A DNA stretch of 64,000 nucleotides, taken from positions 31,682,001 through 31,746,000 of the forward strand of contig CM060731.1 of NCBI GenBank assembly GCA_030704615.1, written 5' to 3'. Shown one piece after another: positions 1-13,401 of the stretch (within the stretch, counting starts at the first letter, position 1; every line of letters begins with the position of its first letter). The notes beneath the pieces were generated by a model, which saw nothing but the letters and a program-made list of their open reading frames with translations, had not been told where the DNA came from and searched no databases. The translations under genes and the position numbers were made by a program. The DNA comes from Takakia lepidozioides (Eukaryota > Plantae > Bryophyta).

Positions 1-3000
1 TAGAATTTCCTTTGTATTTTCTAGGGAATTTTGAAGCAGAATTTACCCACTACTGTATCCCACTAAAGGCAAGAGCATGGAACCCATGCCAAAGGCCGAT
101 TTGTGGAACACGTTCTTGTCCCTTCGACGAGATATCATGTACGGTTGAAACAGAGCCAGGTAGTCACAGGGTGCAACCAGATGTTCCCCCACATGATAGC
201 CTTAGTGGAACCATGATTCCACTCTCTTATATCGTATGCACAAAGAAATACGTGACTAGTAACTGTCTACGATGCTGCCTGGAATGGATTAGAGCTGCCC
301 GAAATCAAGAATTAACAATTTGAGTAGAAAGAGCAGATTTTTACGCAACGAAAAGTTCCTGCCCACATACTTTCCGCCACGTATGCCGTGGGGCGACCAC
401 CCTCAGGCCCACCCTTAAAAGTCCTGGGGCAGGAACTTTCGGCCGCTATACTTTACAGAGTTATCACCGCACGCACTTGAGGGGGCTGAAAATCCGTGAG
501 GAGTGAACACGGACCTATTAGCCGAACCATTTCCGAACCTATCTTTAAACCTATCTCTAGGTTCAAGATAAGCTCGGCTAGGTCCGGGTTTATGCATTCT
601 GATTTTGGATTCAAGATATGTAGATGTAAAACAAATCCATGATTCGTTAAGTCACCCTCCCTTCCGTCCCAGATACATCCCCACAATGCTTCCGTTGAGC
701 ACCTTGTGCGTATCTGTTTATTTGAGCATACGCAGTACCAAAAGATGAACTAGGGAGGGGCAAGCCTACAGCAACGGACCCACGCCAAGGTGCCGGCGTG
801 TTAGCCTCATGTCAGCGTGGGCCCCGCCCCAGCCTCCGCTTCGTTCCACGCCCGCAGCTACCCAGAGAGGAATGCCAAAAACCAAATAGAGGATAAAACG
901 CGTTTTACGTTCATGTCTGTGTTCTTTTGAGTTTGGTCCTCTCGTTTTTTCCCTTGTATTTTGCTCTTTATTGCACTTCAGCTTGTCTTTTGGCCAAATT
1001 GGCTTAACTCACCCTCTATCCCCTCGACTTAACGGATAACTCTATTGACTTCAAAAAAAATGGAGTTTTTTACTAGATAACTACCGTAAATACTTACTGT
1101 AACAGCGCATGTAACCGCAAAACTTGGAACACCTCAAAGGGTTAAGGTTCAGCACCGAACCCGACTTGATATATGCAAAGCATATTTATATATTTATATA
1201 TATACACAAGTTAAATTTTTTTTAACATGAAATGTCAAGAAACCTAGATGTCGGTCCTGTTTGGCGCCGAACAGTGCTATAGGCTTTGTAGTGGTCCGAA
1301 CGTGCTATGTAGCTTCGGGATTTCCATTTATTTCCATAGTTTGGTTTGGCACAGGTTCGGGATTTTTTGTGGAGAATATTCCTCGAAACATAATATTATA
1401 TCATGTTCGGCAGACTCTGCTCACATAAATAAATTAGGGTCTGTGCTCATGGAAGAACCAACCACACGTTCTAGAGGGAGCGCTTAGAGCTGTACCAGCG
1501 TATCAGGCCTATACCGGCGTACCACAGCCAGCAAGGCACAAGAGATAAATAGTGTAGTGAGGTATGAAGTGTGCAGAGTAACACAGAGGGGAGCTTGGAG
1601 GGGTCAGCACTACAAAAGGCAAACAGAATGTACAAATTTGCCTTTGGCTAATCTAGGAGCAATTTTTCATGTCAATAAATTCACAGAATCATCATACTCA
1701 CACCTATGCCCCTAATTGACATTTCTATTCATTTGATGGTTTAGGTTCCAAATTTATATTTTTTAAGGGGGGCCCTGCTTGCAAAGCCCACCAAAGTGAG
1801 GTGGAGGCGAAAGAACCTTGTAGAATGTAGCCCTTACCCTTTATATATGTTTGTCTCAAGGCGGTGGTGGAGACTTCTAGAAGGAGCCCATTGCCTCATA
1901 TTCCCAAGTGTCTCATCCTGCTTATGGAAAGCTCTAGAACTAGAAGGAGGGCCCAACCTCCGACTTCTATGCTAGCATGTGCACTTGGCCTCACATTTCA
2001 CCCATTCCAACACAAGTGCCCTCCCTCCCCATTGGCTGCTCCAATCCTCTTCCCTTTTTTGACCTTTAGGAATAGCCCCTGCCAAAATTTGGGACCCTTA
2101 TTTAGTTTGTTGGCGCTACCTTTCTAAAGCAGGACTACACAAAGGGTTTTGATGCTTAGCACCGATACTTGCAGTTAAGTTTCGAATTAGATCAAGAATG
2201 AATGAATGAATGAAATCCCTAGATGAATAGTTTTATGCATGCGTGAGTATGTCTACCAGCCATCATAGGCCAATATTTTCTCCCAAGGAAGACAATGACT
2301 TGTATTTCCTCCTATCCTATTTGTTCTCTTTGAAATTTCTGATCCTCATAATGGAAAGACAGTGAGTATCCCCTGGATCTCATAGTAAAAAGGCGGGAAA
2401 AGAAAAAGTAAAAGAACAGAAAAAGAGATAATGAAGGTACTGTTTTGGGGGCAATTTCTGCATAAACTGATTGGAAAGAACAGGAAGGCTCCATACAAAC
2501 CTCAACTCAACCTTCAGGACTTACGTCATAAGTCACAACCTATTTGGTAGGGCTTTGCATGGATTATATGCATTTGTTTTGTTATCACAAACATTTTCAC
2601 TCCAATCTCGTATAAAATCGGTGTAGAGGTATATCGCTCGTAATGGAATACAAAAAAATGCATCGGAGGTGTACTTTTGAGTAGAAAATTCAGCCTTGAA
2701 TACAGATGGCATGATAATAAAAATACAAATGGGCATAAAACTTGTCGTTCGATAGCTCGTATACCAGTCACATCATACTTGTCATACTGCTAAGAAGGTT
2801 ATGATGCAGACCAATCCACCTCTACCGTTCAACTTCAAGAGAGAGAGAAAAAGAGGTAATGTACAGCCGGACTTGAAACATAGATGGATCCCATGTGGAT
2901 GGGTTCGTTGTCGTTGCCACTGTTGCATCCCCTACCCACCTTGCCGCCAACTAATCGACCCTCACCTCCTCCTCCTGTCTTTCGACCTACTCCTTCCTCC

Positions 3001-3748
3001 ACCCTCCGTCCCTTCTTGAGCTCCCACTTTGGCTATAGCTTGTCAAAATGACCTTGCAGCCACACCTCTAGAACCTCCTCCATTCTAAAACCTTCCCTAA
3101 CCAACTCCTTGGCATGCATTCCATGTGGGCCCCACATGCAATTGCCACTTTCACATGGCATGGAGCAACCACGTGGGGCCGCATGCTATAGCCACCTTTG
3201 TTCCCGCCACTTGCTAGATGTCCAATTTTTTTTTGCTCAATATCTTTTTCACGATTGGGGTACATATTTTCATGTCACCTATTTTTTGGTGGTAATCCAC
3301 CAGCTTCCTACAATCACCAAAAGATTGTCTTTTGTCTTCCGTTTGGAGGTGGACACCTTCTAACAGTTGTAAAACACCATTCATATTTTTCCTTTGTTAT
3401 TTGACACCCCTCCCAGCCAGCTTGTCGGACGCGTCTTGCCAAGTTGGCAGGATCTCAATCCGAGCAATGCTTCACGAAAGGGAAGGCCCCGGCCTGAGGG
3501 TGTTACACAATGGGGGTTGGTATCGGGTTGTGCTCACGCGCACGCGCGCGTGAGCACAACCCACGGTCATTGGAGTTTTATGTTTTTTTAGCCTCGGTCG
3601 TAGGAGTTATATGTTTCCAAAACGGAAAAAACCATAAGCGGTATAGATTGGTGCATATATACGGTACATCTGTACCAATTCAGCGAGGCGGAAAATTCAG
3701 TAGTGTAGCCAGAAACCCTAAACTTATAGCGACAACAACTAGTTTCGC

Positions 3749-3898
3749 ATTGAGAAAGACTTGGTGATATGGGCACAAACCTATGCAGCAATGGGTTTCG
3801 CATTGAGAAACCCTTACTGGTATTTGAGAAAGACTTGGTGATATGGCCTCAAAACTATGCAAGCGGTGGGTTTCACATTGAGGAACCCTTACTAGTAT
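3749..3898. repeat. Tandem duplication, 2 x ~72 bp
   Basis: ttgagaaagacttggtgatatgg...ctatgca...gggtttc(g/a)cattgag(a/g)aacccttact occurs twice in tandem. Confidence 0.7.
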
Positions 3899-4971
3899 AG
3901 CTTGAGTCGAGACTTTCTATACGAAATCCCATCACCCAACAATCCCACATCCAATTCAGGCTGGTTGGTACAAAGTTTTGCCGTGCGAAATTATCCTTTG
4001 TTTTGATTTCTTCTCAGGCTGTTTGGAACAGTGTTTCCTTGTGAGAAATTAGCTATGGGCGAGGATCTGCAATTTGAGGTGAAGTCTCACTGCACACTCT
4101 CGCGTCTGTTATAGAGAAAAAGCCACGCCTATAGGGTAATATGTTCATCAGGTATAGGGGCTATTTGTTCTTTATGTGTTAGTTTCACATAATGTTTCGT
4201 TTCGCCAAGTTCATTTCGCTGTGGAAATTTCGTGAAAATTCGGTGGAATTTCGGGGAATATGCCATTGTGCTCATGTGAGCATCCTCACGCACTACCCAA
4301 CCTCATACGCAATTTAAGGGTTTGGTGCCGAGGACTTTAGCCCGAGTTGCTACGCAAAGGCTAGGCAACCCGAAAGTCGCTTAACGCCCTCGGGCCAGGG
4401 CCTTCCCTATCACGTAAGAAATTGCCTAAAAAAATCTTTTGTTAAAATCGTTACCTTCTCAGACCAAAAGTTTCATCCTAAGAGGAGGACTACCTTACAC
4501 CGGGGCATAAGACACCTACGGCCTTATGAAATCGTAAGATGGCGATTATGGGGGCCCACAAAGAGACACGTTGGTTTTCTACGCCTGTGAAGGATAGTTG
4601 ACTCGACCCTTCCATTATTTTTGAAGTTGCATTCTTAAGCCTTGGAATGGCCTCATCAGCTGCCCAACCGCCCAAACCTCAGCTACACACACATTAGGGT
4701 TTGGAAGAGTTCTTGGATTTCTCCTCGTATTGAATGTTGTATCCGCCGAATCTGAATTTGAACAATCAATATGTTGTCCAGCAAGTCTCTAGATCCAGAA
4801 CCTATAGTTTTGACAACAAAATCAAGAATATAATTTTTCTCAGTGCGGTATATTAGAACAACTTATACATTGCAGCTAGGCAAAATTATAATGAACAGAA
4901 AAATGTTGGAATCCACACAAGCAGGTTAAACTTTGGGCAGAAAAGCCACAACGACTGTTTCAATACTGCAG

Positions 4972-7900
4972 GTTGCAGTTGCACTTTCGCATGCAACAGT
5001 ATTGGAGGAGTCCATGCGTGCGCGGGATGAATTGCTGTCACAGAACACCGCTCTTCAGATTGCAAGGCTGGAGGCTGAACAGGCAAATGCTGCCCGCAAC
5101 GACTTTCTAGCAGTTATGAACCATGAGATGAGGACGCCAATGCATGCAATCATAGCCCTCACTTCCATTATCTTGAAATCCGATTTGACGCCCGACCAGC
5201 GGTCGATGATTGAGACTCTGGCTAAAAGCAGCAGTCTCCTCTCATCATTAATCAATGACATTCTTGACATTTCACGGCTTGAGAACGGGGGTTTTGCGTT
5301 GGATTTGCGCCATTTTGACCTCCATACTCTCATGCGAGAAGTTGAGAACCTTGTACAACCACTTGCCTTGTCCAAGGATTTGCTACTGACGATGTTTTTA
5401 GCAGCGGATCTGCCAGTTGATGTATTGGGGGACAACAATCGTATTCTTCAAGTCATGCTTAATGTGGTAAGGCTCATACAATTGAATCCGATTTCGGGTA
5501 GGGGAGAGTGGGGAGGAATTAAACGGATGGAATGAAGTAGGGGGTTAGCCGACAGGGCATATTTCAAGAGGGCAACTAAGATATTGAGAGTGGTGGAACA
5601 GAGAGTGAGCAAGAAAGGGGAGGTGCAGCTAAGTCTGGTCCATTGTATATATCTATACTGCATAAAGACAGTTTATGACGTTTCACTAGACTTATCCATG
5701 CCCCACCTCCCCCTTCCTCTCCATCTTTTCAGTTATGCGCCATGATCATACATCGACCTCACTCTCCATGGATACAAAGAATGTTGAAGTTGTGTCTAAG
5801 TTACTTGCTAGATTACTGGCCCAATAGAGAGGCCTTTTGAGCTGTGAGGACTAGAAGTACTTTAAAAAATATGCCTATGCACTCGCATTTTTTGGTTTCT
5901 CTATAGTTCTACCTTATCTTGGGGGTCCTAATGTTGTGGGTCAGCTCCGGAAATAATTCTCGCTCTCTTCTCTAACTCCTTTGGCAACCGAAAAAAGCTC
6001 TCCTGGCGCAAAGCATGATACAACATAGTTCTAAGTTTGGGTTTAAATGTTCACTTGAAAATTCAAACCCTTGTTCATAGATTGGAAATGCGATTAAGTT
6101 CACAAGGGAAGGAGAAGTGAAAATCTCTGTGTACATGGGCGCAAGGATTGATTTTCGACCAGTTGGACTTGTTGCAATCGACGCACGTCACACACTTCAC
6201 AAAAGTCTGGAGCACAGATTTTTTCATGTTGAAGTGCAAGACACAGGCATAGGCATCAAGGCCATGGATGTACCTCGCTTGTTCCAAAAGTTTGTACAGG
6301 CTGATGGTACTACAACACGCAACTACGGTGGCACAGGTTTGGGTCTGGCAATCTCCAAGAAATTCGTGGAGGTAAAGATTCTACATAACCATGAAAATAT
6401 GTATCATATACAAATAGACATTGCTTCCAATTGAATTTCACTAGAATGCTTTGAACCAAAACTTAAAACTTGTTCCACTTGACTTGGAGATTATGGGTTT
6501 GTACTAGTGTATGACATGATAGTTCTTCTCCAAATCTCCCATTTTTTTTTTAAAGGAAACCCGGAAGCGACAGCCTACAATTCAGGCCCTTGAGGGGGGG
6601 GGGAATTAGAGCCTATGGGCATTGTTCCATGAGACATAGGATGAACAACGTCAAGGCATACCGCCACGAAAAATCCACACACAGGGCAAGGCAGTGGGTT
6701 CGACTCCTGAACCACTAGGGTGACAAACTGTGCACTTACCAGCTGACCTACAGCGCTAAGCCTCTGAATTTTGTGTGGCCTCGTGGTAATGAGGCTATAT
6801 GGTGCAGTGCCTGGACACTACAGCGGGCCCACTACATTCAAACCCTCACTATTATCATGTTTCTGCTATAGATCCATTAAACGATGATTCTGAGATAGGA
6901 GTGAAGGTGTAGTGTAGTTGTAGGATGCTAATATTCTAATTACCTAGTAAGGAGTGGGTTCCAAATCCCTTTGATGCTTGGATTGGATGTAGGTTTCATT
7001 GTGACTAACCCCATGGAGGTAGTTTAGCTTGTTTTTGCAACTACAATGGAGGTAGTTGTAAATTTTCTAACCCAACAAAATTGCAAGTCCTTGATCCAAT
7101 TAATATGCATATAGGTAGTTTATTCATATGTTAATGATGTGGTGGCCCCAATGACCCGACCAGCCTTGTTAGAACAAGGCCGCACAAAATTTAGAGGCCT
7201 TGAGCTACCAGCCGATGTGCATCTCCATTTTTGTATGGCTAAATTTAATTAACAGTCATGCGTGCATTGAATATTTTCAGGCTCTATATGGCGAGTAGCA
7301 CATCAATCAACAAGATGGCACTTTACGCGATGGAATTATTCCCCTCCGCGTGAAGATGGCATCTTACGCCTACAGGTGGCACCTTACGCCGATCAATGGC
7401 ACCTTATACTTGCCACTCCTATCTTTCCCATCCATCTTTATCTCATCTCGTTCTTTATCTTTGGGGGGCTGATCTTTGGATAAAATAGATCTTAGCCGTA
7501 AGCTCGTAAGTAAAAACCTATTAGGTCTTTACCTTGGGGAAGCCCTAGGATGGGGCCGTCCCCGAAATTTGGGGCCCACACTTGGCTCCACCTTGCGGAG
7601 GGCCACTTTTCGGCCGGGACCGGCCCCACCTTTCCCTATACATAAAGAACTGGGGCAGATTTCTCTTTATTAATATCGTTTCGTTATACAGCGTAGTAGC
7701 CACCCACAAGTATGAGGGCCTTACAAAAAAGTATAATGCACAGTGCCAATTAGACTCTGTGTAATGCACACCTCCGACCAGCGTTTGTTTATTGGCGAAT
7801 TTTCGCCAGATTTTGACCTCAAAAAATAACATAGAATATTTTGTCGCGAATTCCCTGTTTTTTATGAAATCGCCAAACTTCTCCAAATAAAAATGAATTA

Positions 7901-10200
7901 TGGATGAATTCGCCAAATATGGATGATATAAATGGATTAAAGTACGGAAACGGATGATTCTATCCTAATTTCAATGGATGATCAAATGTACATCTACTTT
8001 TTGCAAAACTCTGTAGCCACTCGTGTTGTTTTCCAAATTAAAAAAAAAACGTTGCCTCCAACATTTCTTTATCTCTTACCTCCAAGATCTTTTCCTTCAT
8101 TAGACCCATTTCTTTTTATCATCAAAAGAAACGATCAATGGAAAAAAGAAATCATCCCATTTCTTTACACAGAGGAAAACCTTCGTGTCGGGTGCCCCTT
8201 GAATTTTATGCCCTAGGGCCTCGAACTACCGCCCTTGGCCCTGGGCATAAAATTCAAGGAGCGACCTCCACTCGAGGTCCTCCTCTATACGTAACGACCC
8301 GCCATAGTTTTGTTGGTGCTGAAGGTTGGCGCCTTATGAAATGGAATAGTTGGCGTAAGGATGGTGCCTTACACCATCCTTACGCGTAAGGTTCCTCCTC
8401 CAATCTGTACTAATCTAACCATCCATTTGATTTAATCTGAGCCATCCAAGCTTTAAAGAAAATGGTTCTTGCTCTTTACTCGAGTAGGGGCCTCCCCGAA
8501 ATTCAGGAGCGCACTCGGCTACCGCCTTGTGGCTGGCACCTCATTTCAAGAAGGCCCCAACCTTCGGACTTACCCTACATATAACTATCACTTCTGTAGA
8601 GCTCAGTTCTCAATTGTTAGATTGAACTAGAGCTGGTGATGATTTCTGGAACCATAACCTTTAAATTCTCACATTACACACCTTAAGACTTCCTGAGTTG
8701 GAAAGAGGCATGACGGTGTGATGCTTAGTACTCTGCAGCTAATGGGAGGAAAGATATGGCTGGAGACTGAGGGCCTCGGAAAAGGCACCACATGCAAATT
8801 CTACATTTGCATCGGCATTTACCTTGAACCCGAACTACCTAGCCCCAAGACCCCCAAGACAGACACTATTTCAGCCGCTTTGACGGATGTTAAAGTAAGT
8901 TACACCTCAAAGACACATTCTTTTTCCTTTTATTGTCTGGCAAAAAACCGTCAGTTTTCGACTTAGAAAATGGGTCAGCTAATTGTACAAATGAATTATG
9001 GGTGGTAAACATCGGAAAGTTGACAGAAAGTGCCAGTAGATGAATATCATGAGCCTAAATTTTGCCTACATGGGCGTGTTAAAACGTGCTATTCTCGCCA
9101 CATGGGTGTTGGGTAGAATTTACATGTGGCACCTGTGGAGATTTGGTGGGGGGGGGGGGGGGGGAAGATAAAATAAAACCCACTGGTCGGGACTGGAAAT
9201 CTGAAAGCACGTGGACAAATATGTTCTGCATGTACTGATTTACGGCTTATAAACTTTCCGAATTTGATGTCATTTCGAATAATGTTTCATTTGGTGAATG
9301 CATCTGTACTATCTCCTAGTACCTGTCTCTAAGTGTGTTGCTCTGGGACTCATCATCGTGGTTGTTGGTAGATCATGGTCGTGGATGACAATTCCATAAA
9401 TCGAATTGTAACAAGGCGTCTACTCGACAACCTTGGGTGCAAAACTACGGTACTGGATTCTGGCCAACGGTGCTTGGAGGTCCTCTTTGAGAAGGGACCA
9501 TCTGAGTATCAAGTTATCCTCTTGGATCTTTCCATGCCAGAGGTGGGTCAAATTTATGGGCTTGTGTCATTTTATCAAGAACGGCATGTTGCTTTACTAC
9601 ACTTTATAAAAAAACACTTCAATCAATGGATAATTTTGTGGCAATCTTTAGATAAACAAATGATCTTTTCTTGAATGTCTTCGACTGCCTCATCGATCTC
9701 CTGAATTTCTATTGTTGTCTTTGAGCTTGTTATGCTTTCTCGCCCCAAAAGCTCATCAATTGGAATTTGGTCTTTCCGTGTAAGTTATATATAAGGTTTT
9801 TGCCTTCATCTGTTTATTCTATCTTCTAGATATTAAAGGCTCATTTATTCCTTCCATTTGTTCTCCCAGTACTCTTAATTCTAAAACTAAGCTTGCTATA
9901 TGGGTCATCCATAATTTGCAGATGGATGGATTCACTGTCGCAACGGAGATAATTGAGAAGTGGGGCAACGTGAATAGACCTCTAATTGCTGCTCTCACAG
10001 CAAATACTGACACTAAAACACGTCAGCGTTGCTTTGAGATTGGCATGGACGATGTCCTCATGAAGCCTATTTCTTTGAGCCATCTGAAAGCTGAATTGAA
10101 CAAAATGCTACACCTTGGCGTACCTCGTGTACTTGCAATTGACAGCTCCTGCAATGCTGCTGGGCCTAGTGATGCTCCTCAAAGCACCACTTCTTGGTAA
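4972..10200 (+). CDS. ETR1: Ethylene receptor ETR1-like hybrid histidine kinase (HisKA + HATPase + receiver), 5'-partial in this window
   Basis: Exons 4972-5466, 6081-6371, 8739-8894, 9372-9542 and 9922-10200 all have GT-AG boundaries and join in frame (463 aa). It starts [17 protein letters not shown], where ETR1 exon 2 starts. Motifs: H-box [10 protein letters not shown]-box LNV|IGNAIKF, G1 DTGIGI, F LFQKF, G2 GGTGLGL, receiver [12 protein letters not shown]|MDG..MKP. The symbol is a family-level call. Confidence 0.9.
6541..6756 (-). mobile_element. tRNA-derived SINE-like element in an ETR intron
   Basis: The reverse complement of 6683-6756 reads gcgctgTAGGTCAGCTGGtaag...tgtca...GGAGTCGAACCC (A- and B-box like). 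A T-run at 6542-6551 would be a poly(A) tail on the minus strand. Confidence 0.5.
7779..8054. mobile_element. hAT-type MITE (276 bp)
   Basis: Imperfect TIRs CAGCGTTTGTTT / AAAAAAACGTTG. 8-bp TSD CCTCCGAC (7771-7778) / CCTCCAAC (8055-8062). Internal GGCGAA/TTCGCC motifs. Confidence 0.7.
8166..8293. repeat. Fold-back inverted repeat (MITE-like hairpin)
   Basis: ttgaattttatgccctagggcc (8199-8220) pairs with ggccctgggcataaaattcaa (8237-8257). Outer arms tacacagagga / tcctctatacgta. Confidence 0.65.
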
Positions 10201-10605
10201 CAAAGACCATCAAATTGTTTGTCAATAAAATGTGTCTAGCGCCCCTACCCCCATCTAGACATGTAGTACGCAAGGATGGTTGTGGAACTTGCTCTCGTAA
10301 AACTTCAGCATTGTGATTTGCGCCCTCCCTGTGATTTGCAGTATGTGTAGGATTTTCTAGTTGCTTTGATCACCAAAGAATTCTTTACATGAGCACTATT
10401 CCTCCCACTATTCTTCCACTTGATCACCTTCATACACACTCATTCAACACCACTTAATCCAAAATATAACCACTACGGAGAGCCCAAGCCTAAACTTAAG
10501 TATAAGAAAACCTAATATAAACAAGATCAGTGTCAGGCGGCCAAATTGTTTAGATCCCAATCAATGTATATCATACCTTGGCAACACCTCATCACCATAA
10601 GACTA

Positions 10606-10675
10606 GAGCATGTAGCTTAGTAGTTGGGTATTTGTGCTGTGCATGTGCATAATGTAGGTGATATAAGGTTCAAAG
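10606..10675 (+). mobile_element. Degenerate SINE head, same family as 29954-30123
   Basis: gagcatgtagcttagtagttgggtatttgtgctgtgcatgtgcataatgtaggtgat aligns with gagcaggtagcccagtggttgggtgtgtgtgccttgcctgtgcataacctgggtgat. Confidence 0.55.
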
Positions 10676-10959
10676 TGTTCACCTTCCAATTGGAGGTAGA
10701 AGTCATTTATGATTTTGTGTTGAAGTGATACTATAATTTACGCTTCTAAGATGAGTTATCTTCCTTTCATCATCATAGCTAATCCTAAACAAGTAATATA
10801 GGTCGTGCACCCAAGCATCCTGCCACAACATACATCAATCTCCAACACATTTCTTAGCAGACCATCCTAAAAGCTATCCCAAAACTTCTATGAGGATACA
10901 AATCCTATGTTATGGGATACTAGGGAAAAAGCCATTTACATCAAGTTCTAGCGACGACC

Positions 10960-11110
10960 GAAGGTCGAGAGCTAATTTAACGTAGAGCAGGAATAGGGTG
11001 CCATAGTGCCACATCATCGTCGCCATGTTTCGTTGCCACCTGTTGTCGCCACGTTTCGTACGTCATCAATTTTTTTATCTGCCCGGACTGCCCGAAAATA
11101 ACCGGGAGAG
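10960..11110 (+). repeat. Dispersed repeat; inverted copy at ~32545-32785
   Basis: gtagagcag..tagggtgccatagtgccacatcatc is shared with the reverse complement of 32730-32770. Both copies also carry ctgcccgga motifs. Confidence 0.65.
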
Positions 11111-11763
11111 GTTGCAACGCGGGGAAGGGACGATGATGGCTTGAGCGCGGAGGGGTTTCACATACCGATCTCAGAGGTAGATCCTACATGGTGGATGCTG
11201 CACAACCTTTTTCACAGATAACAGAGACGAGGAGAAGCTCTGGAATGAATACATTTTTGACCCCAGCCTATGGTTGAACAATCGAGGCAAGGCGAGGGTG
11301 TATGCATGATTCGTGGAGCGCGGAGGAATTTGTTTCACACACCGATCGCAGATGAAAATGTGGGCTCTTGGTTCCTGTTAGTAACATTAATGGGATGGTC
11401 GATTTTACCTGCAAAAGTATTGAAGGTATGTCTTCCATGTATTTCCTTATTTGATGCAACAAGTAAGTGCTGAGATTATTATAGGGTACAAGCAGATGTA
11501 ATCTAGCAAAATGTTCATGGTCATATTTATAGAAAGGTACATAGGTTAGAATGCCAACTAGCTGCAAAGTGAAGAATTTTGTCCATCCTGTCAGCTTGGT
11601 CTTAGTAGGTCGTGTTTCAATCTCTGCCTGCTCTGCTGAACCGTGGTGGTTCTCACAAACCAATCCCACATTTCCTGACTACGGACACAAGCAGCACACA
11701 CAAGAGGTCCTTTTGGGTTGATGGTCAAATCCTCCATGAGTCATGCCACAAGGTCAAGGCCAA

Positions 11764-12135
11764 TGTGGTGAGGGCACCTTCTTCTTCGACCTATTTCAGC
11801 CTGTTTTGCCCTCTCATCAGACTTGGCCCTGAGATGCATACTGAATTGTCAAGGACACTGTGGTGAGGGCACCTTCTTCTTCGACCTATTTTAGCCTGTT
11901 TTGCCCTCTCATCAGACTCGACCTTGAGATGCATACTGAATTGTCAAGGACAATGTGGTGATGCCACTTTCTTCTTCGACCTATTTCAGCCTATTTTGCC
12001 CTCTCATCAGACTCGGCCCTGAGATGCATGTACTGAATTGTCAAGGACAATGTGGTGAGGGCACCTCTTTGACCTATTTCAGCCTGTTTTGCCCTCTCAT
12101 CAGACTCAGCCCTTACATACATATTGAATTCTGTA
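11764..12135. repeat. Minisatellite, 4 x ~95 bp, with a degenerate fifth unit near 12280-12370
   Basis: Units start at 11764, 11859, 11954 and 12051 (tgtggtgagggcaccttcttcttcgacctatttcagcctgttttgccctctcatcagact...). Confidence 0.9.
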
Positions 12136-12739
12136 AGTTAGCTCGTTGCAGGGTGGATCTGTGGTCGTTTGGAGTGACTTTGACAAGTTACTGCCGATGT
12201 GGCAGTACGAAAGTATCCAAAAACAGATAACAGAGATGAGCAGAAGCTTTGGAGTGAACACTTTTCAGGTCCTGCTAATGAATGCACCTTCTTCAACACA
12301 TTTCACCCTGTTTTCCCTCTTATCAAAATCTGCCCTAAATTTTCATGTTGAATTCTGCAAGTTAGCTGGTTGAGTGAATCTTTGATAGTTTGGAGTGACT
12401 TTGACGTGATACTGCCAATGTGACAACAGGAAAGTATCCAGAAACAGACAACAGAGTTGAGGAGAAGCTACGGAATGAATACTTTTCTGACCCCAGTCAA
12501 TGGCGGGACAATCGAGGCAAAAAGGTGAATGCCTGTTGGATTACAGAGAGTAGCATATGCAATTGAGCATAAGAACTAGTGTGATAAGTTGAGTTGGGTG
12601 TCTCATATATTTGATAGTTTGGAGTGACTTTGACATGATACTGCCATGTGACAATAGGAAAGTATCCAGAAACAAGTAACAGAGACGAGAAGAAGTTGTG
12701 GAATGAATACCTTTCTGACCCCAGTGCTTGTGGTGTGCT

Positions 12740-13401
12740 TGTGCAAGCCTAGCTGCCTAGAAAATGGCAAATCAAAGCCGGAATGTACCAGATGTCATTT
12801 TGGACACTGCCCTGGTGGACATGTATACCAAATGTCAGCATTGAGGATGTAAAGGGAATATCTGACAATATGGTTGAACAAGGTATGGTGTCATGGAGGG
12901 CGATGATCGCAGGATATGCCCAGCATGGTTGTCATAGGGAGGTCCTGCAACTATTGGAAAGAATGCAAAAGGAAGGCTTCAATCCAGACAGTACCGCCTT
13001 TCTATGTGTTCTCGCTGCATGCAGCCATGCTGGCCTACTGGATGAAGGAAGATGCTACTTCGATTCCTGAGTCCAGATCACATGTGACTCCGACGGTAAA
13101 GCACTTTGGCTGCATGGTGGACCTTCTTGGATGTGCGGGCAATTAGATGAAGCAGAGGACCTCATTAATAAAATGCCAATGGAACCAGATGTTGTGGTGT
13201 GGATGGCCAAGTTGCTTGGTGCCTGTAGAGCCATGGCAATGTGGGGATGACTGAACGTGTGGCAATATCTACTCTTAAGTGGATGACCAAGATGCTGCGA
13301 CTTATGTGTAACTGCTATCAAACATCTATGCTGCAGCTGGCAGGTGGAACGATAGTGCAAAGGTGAGAGAGATGATGAAGGTCAGAGGGGTTAAAAAGGA
13401 G
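12740..13401 (+). pseudogene. PLS/E-class pentatricopeptide repeat (PPR) pseudogene
   Basis: VSWRAMIAGYAQHG..FLCVLAACSHAGLLDEG..YFDS, then PTVKHFGCMVDLLG, then MPMEPDVVVW..LLGAC, then LLSNIYAAAGRW..VREMMKVRGVKKE. The pieces lie in different frames and the gene is cut at the E domain by a TE-like repeat. Confidence 0.85.

Noticed and set aside
6683-6756. tRNA-Asp gene (also tRNA-like stretches near 6907-6975, 29954-30015 and 59645-59705)
   Set aside because: A/B boxes are present but the cloverleaf stems do not pair. These are better read as SINE heads or relics.
4933-10200. Bacterial two-component kinase, contamination or recent HGT
   Set aside because: It has canonical spliceosomal introns and ETR1-specific sequence.
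11764-12135. 95-bp repeats as a CRISPR-like array
   Set aside because: The units are contiguous with no unique spacers, the context is eukaryotic and there are no cas genes. It is a minisatellite.
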